Below, piece by piece: positions 1 through 9,271 of a DNA stretch of 64,000 nucleotides. The notes below the pieces were generated by a model, which was given only the letters and a program-made list of their open reading frames with translations, made no database searches and was not told the DNA's origin. Position numbers and translations under genes: made by a program. Origin of the DNA: an uncultured Planctomycetaceae bacterium (GTDB lineage: Bacteria > Planctomycetota > Planctomycetia > Planctomycetales > Planctomycetaceae); contig CAWFGE010000012.1 in the NCBI GenBank assembly GCA_963815195.1, positions 832,001 to 896,000 of the forward strand. Direction: 5' to 3'. The first letter of the stretch is position 1, and the number at the start of each line of letters is the position of its first letter.

Positions 1-183
1 TGTCCCAAACAAACTGCTCCATACATCCAGCCCACCCGACGCGCTGGGTTTAACTTCCCACGGGGGACTTGACAAATTCAAGCCAGTGGTTGGCGAAGCG
101 GACACGCCCTTCGTCGCGACGGAGATGTTCCCACACCGTCAAATGGGTTCGAGACAATTCACCAGTCTGATAAAGGCCAAACC

Positions 184-738
184 ATGAACAGTCAGCCCAT
201 GCCCGAAACGAATGAGCGACAACTGCTGTCCCGGTCGCTGAAAGTCGCGGGGGGCTTGTTGATCGCGCTCGGCATCGTTTCGATCATTGTCCCCTGGGCG
301 GCGGCGATTGCGATTGAGGCCTTTCTGGGCGTGGTGTTCCTGCTGGCGGGCTTCGGGGAATTGATTTTCGCCTGGGAATTTCGCTCGGTGGACGGCGCGG
401 CGTGGCGGTTCCTGCGGGCCGCGGGATTCCTCGCCGCGGGCGTTTTGCTATTCGTGTTCCCGCTCGTTGGGATCGGCGCTCTCACACTTGTGTTGGGGAT
501 ATTATTCTTCGCCGACGGCCTCTTGCGGCTGATGCTGGCGGCGCATCTCCAGCGGAATCAAGGTTTCGTCATCGTCGACGGCGTGTTGGGCATTCTTCTG
601 GGAATCGTGATTCTCATAGGCTGGCCCGGAAACGCCCCTTGGATTCTCGGAATCCTCGTGGGCATCCGCCTGTTGATGACGGGGGTCGCGCTGTGGATGA
701 TCGGCTCCGCCTTCCGCTCAACGCATCCGCCAATGTAA
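184..738 (+). CDS. HdeD/DUF308 family membrane protein
   Basis: 184 aa with about 6 hydrophobic helices in two repeated units; C-terminal GWPGNAPWILGILVGIRLLMTG pattern typical of HdeD. Confidence 0.85.
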   Translation: MNSQPMPETNERQLLSRSLKVAGGLLIALGIVSIIVPWAAAIAIEAFLGVVFLLAGFGELIFAWEFRSVDGAAWRFLRAAGFLAAGVLLFVFPLVGIGALTLVLGILFFADGLLRLMLAAHLQRNQGFVIVDGVLGILLGIVILIGWPGNAPWILGILVGIRLLMTGVALWMIGSAFRSTHPPM

Positions 739-775
739 CGCCTGCCGGTCAAAACCTTTCCGAAGGATTCGTTCC

Positions 776-2233
776 ATGAAACATCTTCTTGTTAAAGCCG
801 CGTTGACCGTTTGGCTCGCGGGCGGTCTGTGTTTCAGCCACGTTTCCATCGCGCGTGCAGAGTCGCCGATTTCGCTGCATCCGGAGAATCCGCACTACTT
901 TCTCTGGAAGGGAAAACCGACGGTGCTGGTCACCTCCGGCGAGCATTACGGGGCCGTGCTGAATTTGGATTTCAATTATGCCCGCTATCTGGCGGAACTC
1001 GCAAAAGACGGCCTGAACCATACCCGCACGTTTTCCGGCGTGTATCGCGAGATTCCCTCGTCCTTCGGCATCACCGACAATCCCCTCGCGCCCAAGCCCG
1101 GCCGGTATCTCGCGCCGTGGGCGCGCAGCGATCAGCCGGGCGATTTCGACGGCGGCCGCAAGTTCGACTTGACCCGGTTCGACAATAAGTACTTCGAGCG
1201 GCTCAAGGATTTTATGAAAGAGGCCCAAAAGCGGGGCGTCGTTGTCGAGTTCAACCTGTTCTGCCCGATGTATAACGACCAGCTCTGGCGAGCCTGCCCG
1301 ATGAACGCCGCGAACAATGTCAACAACATCGGCGATTGTCCGCGCATGGAAGTTTACACGGGAAAACACAAAGGCCTCCTGGAGGTGCAACTCGCCGTGA
1401 CGCGAAAGATCGTCGGCGAACTCAAGGACTTCGACAACCTGTATTACGAAGTGTGCAACGAGCCTTACTTCGGCGGGGTGACGCTGGATTGGCAGCACCG
1501 GATTGTCGATGCCATCGCGGACGCCGAGAAAGACTTTTCGCATCCGCATTTGATTTCGATGAACATCGCCAACGGCCGGGCCAAGGTCGAAAAGCCGCAT
1601 TCCAAGGTGTCGATCTTCAATTTCCATTACTGCGTGCCGCCGGATGCGGTGGCGATGAATTACGGGCTGGGCCGCGCGATCGGCGAGAACGAGACCGGCT
1701 TTCGCGGACGGGAGGATCTCTTGTATCGCACTGAGGGCTGGGATTTTTTGCTGGCGGGCGGGGCGCTTTATAACAACCTGGACTACTCGTTTACGCCCGC
1801 GCATCCGGACGGGTCGCTCAAGGATTACCGATCGCCTGGCGGCGGCAGTCCGGAACTGCGGAAGCAGTTGGGGCACCTCAAGACGTTTATGCAGTCGGTC
1901 GATTTTGTCCACATGCAGCCGGCGGGCGGCGTGATTCGCAAAGTCGCGACCAAGCTGACGGCTTCCGCGCTCGCCGATCACGGCCGGTCTTATGCGATCT
2001 ATCTGCATGTGCCGCTGCCCAACAAGCCGAAGAACCTCAAGCAGCAGTTGCGGGAGGGGATCGAATCCGAGCTCACGCTCGACCTGCCCAAGGGCCGGTA
2101 TCGCGTGGAATGGGTGGACACCAAGACCGGCAAGCCGGCGCGCGGCGAAAACCTCGACCACCCCGGCGGCGACGCCATGCTCAAATCCCCCGCCTTCGCC
2201 AACGACATCGCCCTCCGCATCGTCGCCCGTTGA
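776..2233 (+). CDS. Secreted glycoside hydrolase-like protein (GH-A clan TIM barrel, DUF4038/GH5-like) with C-terminal beta domain
   Basis: Signal peptide, LHPENPHYFLWKGKP N-terminus, YEVCNEP acid/base motif, ENETG putative nucleophile, C-terminal YRVEWVDTKTG. Confidence 0.7.
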   Translation: MKHLLVKAALTVWLAGGLCFSHVSIARAESPISLHPENPHYFLWKGKPTVLVTSGEHYGAVLNLDFNYARYLAELAKDGLNHTRTFSGVYREIPSSFGITDNPLAPKPGRYLAPWARSDQPGDFDGGRKFDLTRFDNKYFERLKDFMKEAQKRGVVVEFNLFCPMYNDQLWRACPMNAANNVNNIGDCPRMEVYTGKHKGLLEVQLAVTRKIVGELKDFDNLYYEVCNEPYFGGVTLDWQHRIVDAIADAEKDFSHPHLISMNIANGRAKVEKPHSKVSIFNFHYCVPPDAVAMNYGLGRAIGENETGFRGREDLLYRTEGWDFLLAGGALYNNLDYSFTPAHPDGSLKDYRSPGGGSPELRKQLGHLKTFMQSVDFVHMQPAGGVIRKVATKLTASALADHGRSYAIYLHVPLPNKPKNLKQQLREGIESELTLDLPKGRYRVEWVDTKTGKPARGENLDHPGGDAMLKSPAFANDIALRIVAR

Positions 2234-2586
2234 AAATCCTTCTCAAATCCGGACGCAGGCGAGCCGCTTACGCGCGGCTCAACTGCGTTCCCGTTCTCCC
2301 ATCTCCCGTTCTCCCCTTCTCCCAATCTCCCGCTCTTTACGGATCCGCTCTGACATTCTGCCCAGATGTCGTTGCGAACATGCCGACTTGTTCCAGTTTG
2401 GTTCGCTTTCAAAAAAGTCAAACTTTTCTCATTTTCTTTGCCCGGTCGCTTTTTCCATTCACGACTAAAGGGGTGTGACACGATTCGGAAACCGGAAAGC
2501 CCCCCATAAACGGCTTCGGGTTTCCTCCCCGTCAAGGTCATCGATGGATGATTTTGATTTTCTGCCCTTTGAATAGGAAAAGCCGA

Positions 2587-3666
2587 ATGAAAAACGCCGT
2601 CGATCAATTTTTTGCTGAGGATGTGGCCGCGTTGACCGCCGGACTCGCAGAACTGGAAGAGCATATCGAGCCCTTAGAACTGCCCGAGGACGACGCGGTG
2701 CTCGGCGATTTGGAACTGCTGATGGGGCGGGCCTTGGACGCTTGCCGCCGGCTCGATGCGGTGATTGGCGGCGACGCCGATTTGTTGAAAGCCACTCAAG
2801 AGCGGTTCCGCGAAGCGACGGCTCCCTGGTGTGGACAAAGCTGGATCATCCACCGCGCCCGCTCCAAGCCCCGCGGCTTCCCCGGCGATTATCAGATGCT
2901 CTCGGCGATTTACGATGGCATTCCCGTCTCCCGCGGCCTGGGCGGTTATCTCGACCGGGCGTGCCTCAAGATGACGTTGGGCCGCGCGGTCGATGCCCGG
3001 ATGCGGGACGCCCGCCGGTTCCTCCAAACCGAACTGGCCGACCGCGAAGGCGAGGTGACCATTCTGGATGTCGCCTCCGGTCCTTGCCGGGAATACCGGG
3101 GCGGGCTGCACGTCAATGGTCCCCGCGCGATCCAGGTGACCTGCGTGGATTCGGACGAAAGCGCTCTCCATTACGTGTGCCGGAACATCGCGAAGACCAC
3201 CCCCCGGAACATCCGGTTCGATTGCGTCCGCCACAACGCCCTCCGCATGCGTTCCGCGGCCGCGATCGTCGAAAAGTTCGGCCGCAACGACATTATCTAC
3301 AGCGTGGGCCTTGCGGATTACATTTCCGACAAGCTGTTGATCCCCATGCTGAGCGCCTGGAAAGACGCCGTGAATCCGGGCGGCGTGGTGTACGTCGCCT
3401 TCAAAGATTGCCTCCGGTACGACAAGGTCGAATACCAATGGCTGATGGATTGGCATTTCCTCCAGCGCACCGAGGAAGACTGCCGGAAGCTGCTCGAGTT
3501 GGCGGGCTACGACATGGACCAGATCGAAACGAGCCGGGACGAAACGGGCGTCATCATTCACTATGTGAGCCGGTCCAAGGTGCCCGCGTTTGTTCGCATC
3601 GATTCCGAATCGCAGCCGGTCCCGCAATCGATCCTGGCCCGTCAGACCGCGGAAGTGCCATCGTAA
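2587..3666 (+). CDS. Class I SAM-dependent methyltransferase, PhcB-like
   Basis: ILDVASGPCRE motif I, VTCVDSD motif II, IIYSVGLADY, and upstream KPRGFPGDYQML motif. Start placed at ATG 2587 within ORF 2548..3666. Confidence 0.8.
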   Translation: MKNAVDQFFAEDVAALTAGLAELEEHIEPLELPEDDAVLGDLELLMGRALDACRRLDAVIGGDADLLKATQERFREATAPWCGQSWIIHRARSKPRGFPGDYQMLSAIYDGIPVSRGLGGYLDRACLKMTLGRAVDARMRDARRFLQTELADREGEVTILDVASGPCREYRGGLHVNGPRAIQVTCVDSDESALHYVCRNIAKTTPRNIRFDCVRHNALRMRSAAAIVEKFGRNDIIYSVGLADYISDKLLIPMLSAWKDAVNPGGVVYVAFKDCLRYDKVEYQWLMDWHFLQRTEEDCRKLLELAGYDMDQIETSRDETGVIIHYVSRSKVPAFVRIDSESQPVPQSILARQTAEVPS

Positions 3667-3689
3667 CGCATCGTGGGAAAGGCATCCTA

Positions 3690-3763
3690 GAGAGCCGCGC
3701 ACGAAGTAAGCGGTTTTCAGGGAATTAGATAACGCAAGACCGCTTACTTCGTGCGCGGCTCTC
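3690..3763. repeat. Perfect 25-bp inverted repeat (REP/REPIN-like doublet)
   Basis: GAGAGCCGCGCACGAAGTAAGCGGT (3690-3714) and its exact reverse complement (3739-3763). A second IR (ACGCAAGCGAGG...CCTCGCTTGCGT) follows at about 3808-3844. Confidence 0.85.
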
Positions 3764-3943
3764 ATAACTGAGCTGGCAGCCTCCGATCCCTGACTTGTCA
3801 GTTCAGAACGCAAGCGAGGAAACACCCCGTTGCCTCGCTTGCGTTTTTGCGCGGACTGGGCAGAGCCAGGCGGGTGTGGTATGAACCGGGAAAGAGGATT
3901 TTCATCTTCCCCGCGCGAGCACCTGCCTGGAAAGGACGGCCGA

Positions 3944-5292
3944 ATGACACAGCGGATTTTGAGCATCTCGGGACTGCGGGGCGTGATCGGGGACGGGCTC
4001 GATCCCGGTTATGTTTCCCAGTTTGCAATGGCGCTCGGCACGTTGTTTGAAGGCGGGCAGGTCGTGCTCGCGCGGGACGGGCGTTCCACGGGGCCGATGA
4101 TCAAGCACGCGGTCCTCGCGGGGCTGCTCGCCGCGGGTTGCCGGGTCATCGATGCCGGCATCGCTTCGACCCCGACCTGCGGCGTTTTGGTGAATCATCT
4201 CAACGCCGCGGGCGGGCTGCAGATCACGGCCAGCCACAATCCCGTCCAGTGGAACGGCCTGAAGCCTTTCTCTCCCGCCGGATCGGTGTTCGATCATGAA
4301 TTGGGAGAGACGCTGCTCGAATTGCTCGTCGAGCAGCAGTATCGGCTCGCGGCATGGGACGAACTGGGCGCGGTGGAAGTGCAGGAGGACCTGGGCGTCG
4401 TGCACCTGGAGCGGGTGTTCGACCTTGTGGATCGGCTCGCCATCCGCGAACGCCGATTGAAAGTCGTGCTCGATTGCAACCACGGCTCCGGGGCGATGCT
4501 CGGGCCGAAGCTGCTCGCCGAACTGGGCTGCGAGGTGCACGTGCTCGGCGGCATGGCGGACGGCCTGTTCGATCACCCCCCGGAACCCGCCAAGGAAAAT
4601 CTCACCGACCTCTGCGATGTCGTCAAAACGCTCGGGGCGGACGTGGGATTCGCGCAGGATCCCGACGCCGACCGCCTGGCGATCGTCGATGAGACCGGGC
4701 GTTACATCGGCGAAGAGCTGACCTTGGGCCTGTGCGCGGATCATGTGCTTTCCCGCCGGCCCGGTCCGGTCGTCGTCAACGGCTCGACCAGCCGGGTGAC
4801 GCAGGATCTCGCGGAGAAATACGGCTGCCCGTTTTTTCGCTCGCACGTCGGCGAAGCCAACGTCGTCGCCAAGATGCGCGCGGTCTCCGCGGTCCTGGGC
4901 GGCGAAGGCAACGGCGGCGTGATCGATCCCCAGGTCGGCTACGTCCGCGACAGCTTTTTGAGCATGGCCTATGTCCTGGAAGGCCTGGCGCTCGGAAAGC
5001 CCAGCGTCTCGGCGTGGGCGGATTCGCTGCCGAGCTACAGCATCGTCAAAAACAAGCTGACCTGCCCGCGCAAAAAGTGGACCTCGCCTGCGACGCCCTC
5101 ACGCAGGCTTACAGGGACGCCACGTCGACCGAAGGCGACGGCCTCCGCCTGGATTGGCCGGACCGCTGGGTGCAGGTCCGGGCCTCGAACACCGAACCGA
5201 TCCTGCGGGTGATCGCCGAGGCCCCGGACGAATCGGCCGCCCTGGAACTCTGCTCTGATGCCATGACCCGCGTCCAAGCCGCCGTCGGATGA
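3944..5292 (+). CDS. glmM: Phosphoglucosamine mutase / phosphomannomutase family, split by one frameshift near 5072
   Basis: SISGLRG start, ITASHNP phosphoserine loop, DPDADR metal site, GGEGNGG. The C-terminal VRASNTEPILRVIAEA domain continues in another frame to 5292. Confidence 0.85.
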
Positions 5293-5447
5293 CGGGGAGC
5301 GATAAACATTGTCCGCCGCGCCGCGAGTCGCTACAGTTGACCTCCGGTCTTGGCTTTGGAAATATCGCTTCATCGAAACCGGTGACTAGCGCCGACCGCT
5401 CATATTTTCAAACCGATTCTTAGGCAGCCAACTGAGGAGAGAACCAC

Positions 5448-6554
5448 GTGAGCGACAAAGTGCGGATTGGAATTGTTGGGGCCGGGGCGGTTTCGGATTA
5501 TCACCATGTGCCGGGGATTCGAATCGATTCCCGCTGCGAGTTGGTGTCGGTGTGTGATCCGAACGAAGCTTTGCTCGAACAACGCCAAAAGGATTGGGGG
5601 CCGACGAAGAAGACGACCAAATACGAAGAGGTCGCAGAAGACCCCGACGTGGACGCGGTGATCGTCGCCACCCCGAACTTCACGCATCTGCCGATCAGCA
5701 TGGCGTGCATCAACAACGGCAAGCACGTGATGTGCGAAAAACCGTTAGGGCTGAACTATCACGAATCTTTCAAGATGTACCACGCCGCGAAGGAGAAGGG
5801 CGTCCGGCACATGACGGCATTTACCTACCGCTTTGCCCCGTCGATGCGGTATGTCCGGCATCTGGTGAAGACGGGAGCCCTCGGGACGCCCCGGCATTTT
5901 CGCAGCCAGCGGTTTTTGGAATGGCCCGAAACGAGCTGGGGCTGGCGGCAATACAAAAAGACCGCCGGGGCCGGGGACTTGTTCGACATGACGATCCACC
6001 GCATCGACTTCGCCCAGGATCTGATGGGCCAAATCAAAAGCGTCTGCGGAGCCGTCGCCCAGTTCGTGCCCCGCGACAAAACCGCCGACGGCCAGCCCTG
6101 CGAGCCGTCCGAAGTGGACGACTGGTCTTCCCTGATCGGCATGTTCGAAAGCGGGGCCGTCGGCGTCTGGGAAGGCAGCACGCTGATGAAGGGCTATCAC
6201 AACGACGGCTTCGGCTACGAATGGGCCGAGGTCAATGGCAGCGAAGGCTCGGCCGCGTATCAACTCACCGATCCCAACAACGTCATGGTCGGCCTGGGCG
6301 GGAAACCGATGCAGAAGCAACCGGTGCCCGACGAGTTCCTTGTGATCCCCGGCAGTCCCCGCCCGCCGCACGAAGGCGTGCCGAGCACGGTGTTCCGCTA
6401 CGACCTGGTGTACGAGTTCGTCTCGGCGATTGTGGAAGGCCGGGACGCGGTGCCCGGTTTCGACCACGGCGCGAGCGCCCAAGCCGTCGCCGACGCCGTC
6501 CTGGAGTCGTTCGATCAAAAACGGTGGATCGATTTGGAGACGATGCTGAGTTAA
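5448..6554 (+). CDS. Gfo/Idh/MocA family oxidoreductase
   Basis: IGIVGAGAV Rossmann motif, HVMCEKP, GDLFDMTIHRID. Confidence 0.92.
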   Translation: MSDKVRIGIVGAGAVSDYHHVPGIRIDSRCELVSVCDPNEALLEQRQKDWGPTKKTTKYEEVAEDPDVDAVIVATPNFTHLPISMACINNGKHVMCEKPLGLNYHESFKMYHAAKEKGVRHMTAFTYRFAPSMRYVRHLVKTGALGTPRHFRSQRFLEWPETSWGWRQYKKTAGAGDLFDMTIHRIDFAQDLMGQIKSVCGAVAQFVPRDKTADGQPCEPSEVDDWSSLIGMFESGAVGVWEGSTLMKGYHNDGFGYEWAEVNGSEGSAAYQLTDPNNVMVGLGGKPMQKQPVPDEFLVIPGSPRPPHEGVPSTVFRYDLVYEFVSAIVEGRDAVPGFDHGASAQAVADAVLESFDQKRWIDLETMLS

Positions 6555-6596
6555 AATGACGGTCACTTATGGAGATCCCTCGCGCGAGGCCGTCCC

Positions 6597-8060
6597 ATGT
6601 CATTGACTTCCCAAAACCGCAGGGCACGGTCCATCAAGGCGGCGATTTTTGCCTGCTTGGCGATCGTTTTTGCGCTCGACCTGGTCGTGCCGATCGGGAA
6701 CGCCGTCGGTGTGCCTTATGTGGCGGTCATTCTGCTCACGCTCTGGCTGCCCGACCGCAAGAGCATATTCCGCACCGCCGCGCTGATTACCGTGTTGGCG
6801 ACGATCGGATTTTTCTCACCGCCGCCGGAAGGCCCGCTGTTTTCGCTGGCCCTCAAGAACCGCTTGATTGCAATGGGCGTCGTGTGGATCACCGCGGTCT
6901 GGGGCAACATGCTCCTCAAAGAGCAGGATGCCACCCGGAAGGAGCGGGACTTTAGCGAGAGCCTCGTGGAGACGGCCTCGTCCATCATTCTGCTGTTGGA
7001 CACCGAGGCCCGGATTCTGTTTTTCAACCGCAGCACAGCCGACTGCCTGGGCTACCTGCTCGAGGAAGTCGGGGGCCGGGACTGGTTTGAAACCTGCGTT
7101 CCCGAACCGGAACGGCAGCGGGCTCGCCGGCTGTTTCGGCAAAGCGTGGACGAAGGGGCCGGGCGGGACAGCCAGTTTTCGGTGCTCACGCGCGACGGCC
7201 GGCTTTTTCAGTTTTCCTGGTCGTCCAAGCCGATGCGGGACGCGGATCTCGAAGTCGCGCAGGTGTTGTACGTCGGCCAGGACATCACGTCCCTTTTGGA
7301 CGCCCAACAGCGGCTCGTGGCCACGGAACGGCTCGCCGCGATCGGCCAAACGATCGCCGCTGTCTCCCACGAGACCCGCAACGAACTCCACGTCCTCAAG
7401 ATCGGATTGGAGATGCTTTCGGCGGCGGTTGGCGACCCCAAGTTTCAGCAAATCCTCGGACATATGCAAAACAGCCAAGTGCGGTTGCAACGTCTGCTCG
7501 AAGATCTGAGGCACTTCGCCGGGCCCTTGCATCTCGAACGCTCGGTCGTTTCGCTGAACGACATTTGGCAAAAAGCCTGGTCCAGCCTGGCCGCGGTGCG
7601 CGAAGGCCGCGATGTCGAAATGGAAGAGACCATCCGCTGCCCGCTGCTCCAATGTTCGGTCGATGCCCTCCGGATCGAGCAGGTGTTTCGCAACCTGTTC
7701 GAGAACTCGCTGGCGGCGCGCTCCGATCCCGTGTGGATCGAAGTCGCCGCTTCGACCAGTCTTTATGACGGCAAACAATTCCTCGAAGTCTCCGTCCGCG
7801 ACAACGGACCCGGCCTTTCCCCCGAAGCGAAACAGAAAGTCTTCGAACCGTTCTACACCACCAAGCAACAAGGCACCGGCTTGGGGATGGCCATCAGCAA
7901 ACGGATCCTGGAAGCCCACGGCGGCGATTTGAGCCTCGGCCATCCCAAAGCCGGCGGTGCCCAGTTCATCCTCCAACTCCCGCTCTCCGAACCGGCGCCC
8001 GAACCGGCACCCGCCCCGCACAATTCGCGAAACGAATCGGAGAACCTCACCGTCCATTAG
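6597..8060 (+). CDS. Membrane-bound PAS-domain sensor histidine kinase
   Basis: N-terminal TM helices, PAS region, H-box VSHETRN, N-box NLFENS, DNGPG and GTGLGMAI G-boxes. Confidence 0.92.
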   Translation: MSLTSQNRRARSIKAAIFACLAIVFALDLVVPIGNAVGVPYVAVILLTLWLPDRKSIFRTAALITVLATIGFFSPPPEGPLFSLALKNRLIAMGVVWITAVWGNMLLKEQDATRKERDFSESLVETASSIILLLDTEARILFFNRSTADCLGYLLEEVGGRDWFETCVPEPERQRARRLFRQSVDEGAGRDSQFSVLTRDGRLFQFSWSSKPMRDADLEVAQVLYVGQDITSLLDAQQRLVATERLAAIGQTIAAVSHETRNELHVLKIGLEMLSAAVGDPKFQQILGHMQNSQVRLQRLLEDLRHFAGPLHLERSVVSLNDIWQKAWSSLAAVREGRDVEMEETIRCPLLQCSVDALRIEQVFRNLFENSLAARSDPVWIEVAASTSLYDGKQFLEVSVRDNGPGLSPEAKQKVFEPFYTTKQQGTGLGMAISKRILEAHGGDLSLGHPKAGGAQFILQLPLSEPAPEPAPAPHNSRNESENLTVH

Positions 8061-8189
8061 CCAAGCTGTCATCGACAAGGATTGGAACCGCGGATGACGC
8101 GGATTCTCGCGGATGTCCAAGGGAAAAATTGAAACCACAAAATCAGGGCGGCAGACCGCAGCAGCCAAAGCCTCATATGATTCTGTTCC

Positions 8190-8525
8190 TCATGATTTTC
8201 TGATCTCTGGATCGCCCCTGTCGCAAACGCCAAACTCCGCCCACGTAAAGCTCGGCGGTTGATGCAAACTTCCCGGCTGGACGATCAACGTCGCCGGGCC
8301 GCGCGGCGTGATGCAATCGAAGACAACCTGGGGGCCATGTTCCGTTTGGACTTCCCGGCGGGAAAGAACTTCGATCCGCTCGCCGCGCCAAACCGTGACC
8401 GAGGGCGGTTCGAGCGACAGCCAAAACGCATCGCTGGGCGAAGCGCGAACCGCATCCGTCCGGAGCCAGGCCTCCAAGAGCGATCGCAGACGGCTCCAAA
8501 TCCCGCCGAGTCCCTTACGCCTCAT
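8190..8525 (-). CDS. Hypothetical protein (111 aa) downstream of pspA
   Basis: ATG at 8525 overlaps the pspA 3' end; protein-like composition (MRRKGLGGIWSRLRSLLEAW...). Confidence 0.5.
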   Translation of the reverse strand: MRRKGLGGIWSRLRSLLEAWLRTDAVRASPSDAFWLSLEPPSVTVWRGERIEVLSRREVQTEHGPQVVFDCITPRGPATLIVQPGSLHQPPSFTWAEFGVCDRGDPEIRKS

Positions 8526-9195
8526 CGGTTTCGACGCGGCGTTTGAGTTCTTCAAATTCCCGCTCCAGTTGCTCTTTGCGTTCTTGTTCCGCCAGACGTT
8601 TGCGTTCCTCGGTTTTCGCGTCGCGGGCCTCCAATCGTTCAAAGGCCTGGCAGAGGGATTCGGCTTGTTCCACCTGTTGTTCGAGTTGATGAAACTGCGC
8701 GGCCGCCGACGGGCCCGTCGTGAACTCCAGCGCCCGGCTGATTTGCTCGGCCGTCTCCGCGCGGACCATTCTCGCGAGCAGCAGCCTTTGTTTGTGGCGG
8801 GCCTGCAGAATCTTATCTTCCAGATCGCGAAACGCCTCTTGCAATTTGCGGGTTTGCTCGCGCTGGGTCTCGTAAACCGCCACGAGCATTCCGAGCCGCT
8901 CTTCCACCGTCTGCTTTTGCTGGAGCGCGGACCGGGCCCCGGCTTCATCCCCGCTCTTGAGCCGACTCGCCGATTCGTTCATGCAGCGGTCAACGGCGGC
9001 CCGCAGCTTTTCGACTTCCTTGCCCAATTGGATCTCGTCGCCGATGGCTTCCACCATAAACGAGCGGGCCAATTCCAATTCTTCTTCCATGTCGAGGATG
9101 AGTTGATGAAGCACGCGTTCGGGATCTTCGACCTTCTCGCGGAGCGTCGCAATCTGCGACCGCATGAGGAGCGTGAATGTATTCAACCAATTCAT
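8515..9195 (-). CDS. pspA: PspA/IM30 family protein
   Basis: Amphipathic N-terminal helix, EDPERVLHQLILDMEEEL signature, GDEAGARSAL, long coiled coil, 226 aa. Confidence 0.88.
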   Translation of the reverse strand: MNWLNTFTLLMRSQIATLREKVEDPERVLHQLILDMEEELELARSFMVEAIGDEIQLGKEVEKLRAAVDRCMNESASRLKSGDEAGARSALQQKQTVEERLGMLVAVYETQREQTRKLQEAFRDLEDKILQARHKQRLLLARMVRAETAEQISRALEFTTGPSAAAQFHQLEQQVEQAESLCQAFERLEARDAKTEERKRLAEQERKEQLEREFEELKRRVETDEA

Positions 9196-9271
9196 CGGAT
9201 CGCCTTTCCTAGAGTGAAACGCAAAATGTGAAAACCGAAATTGCAGAGAACAGGATTGGCTCTGGGCACCC

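Noticed and set aside
1..183. Partial gene at the left edge
   Set aside because: One frame is open but has no recognisable motif; too short to support a call.
749..2161. Long antisense ORFs (e.g. 749-2161, 2674-3966, 17921-20068, 54846-56225, 56787-58136)
   Set aside because: Shadow ORFs caused by high-GC codon bias opposite well-supported genes; no recognisable motifs.
2488..2525. Riboswitch upstream of the methyltransferase
   Set aside because: Only a single hairpin (GGAAACC...GGTTTCC); no recognisable SAM or c-di-GMP aptamer consensus.
5066..5080. Programmed -1 frameshift at C-AAA-AAG in glmM
   Set aside because: It is not a full A-AAA-AAG heptamer, and the many other indels in the window make a sequencing error more parsimonious.
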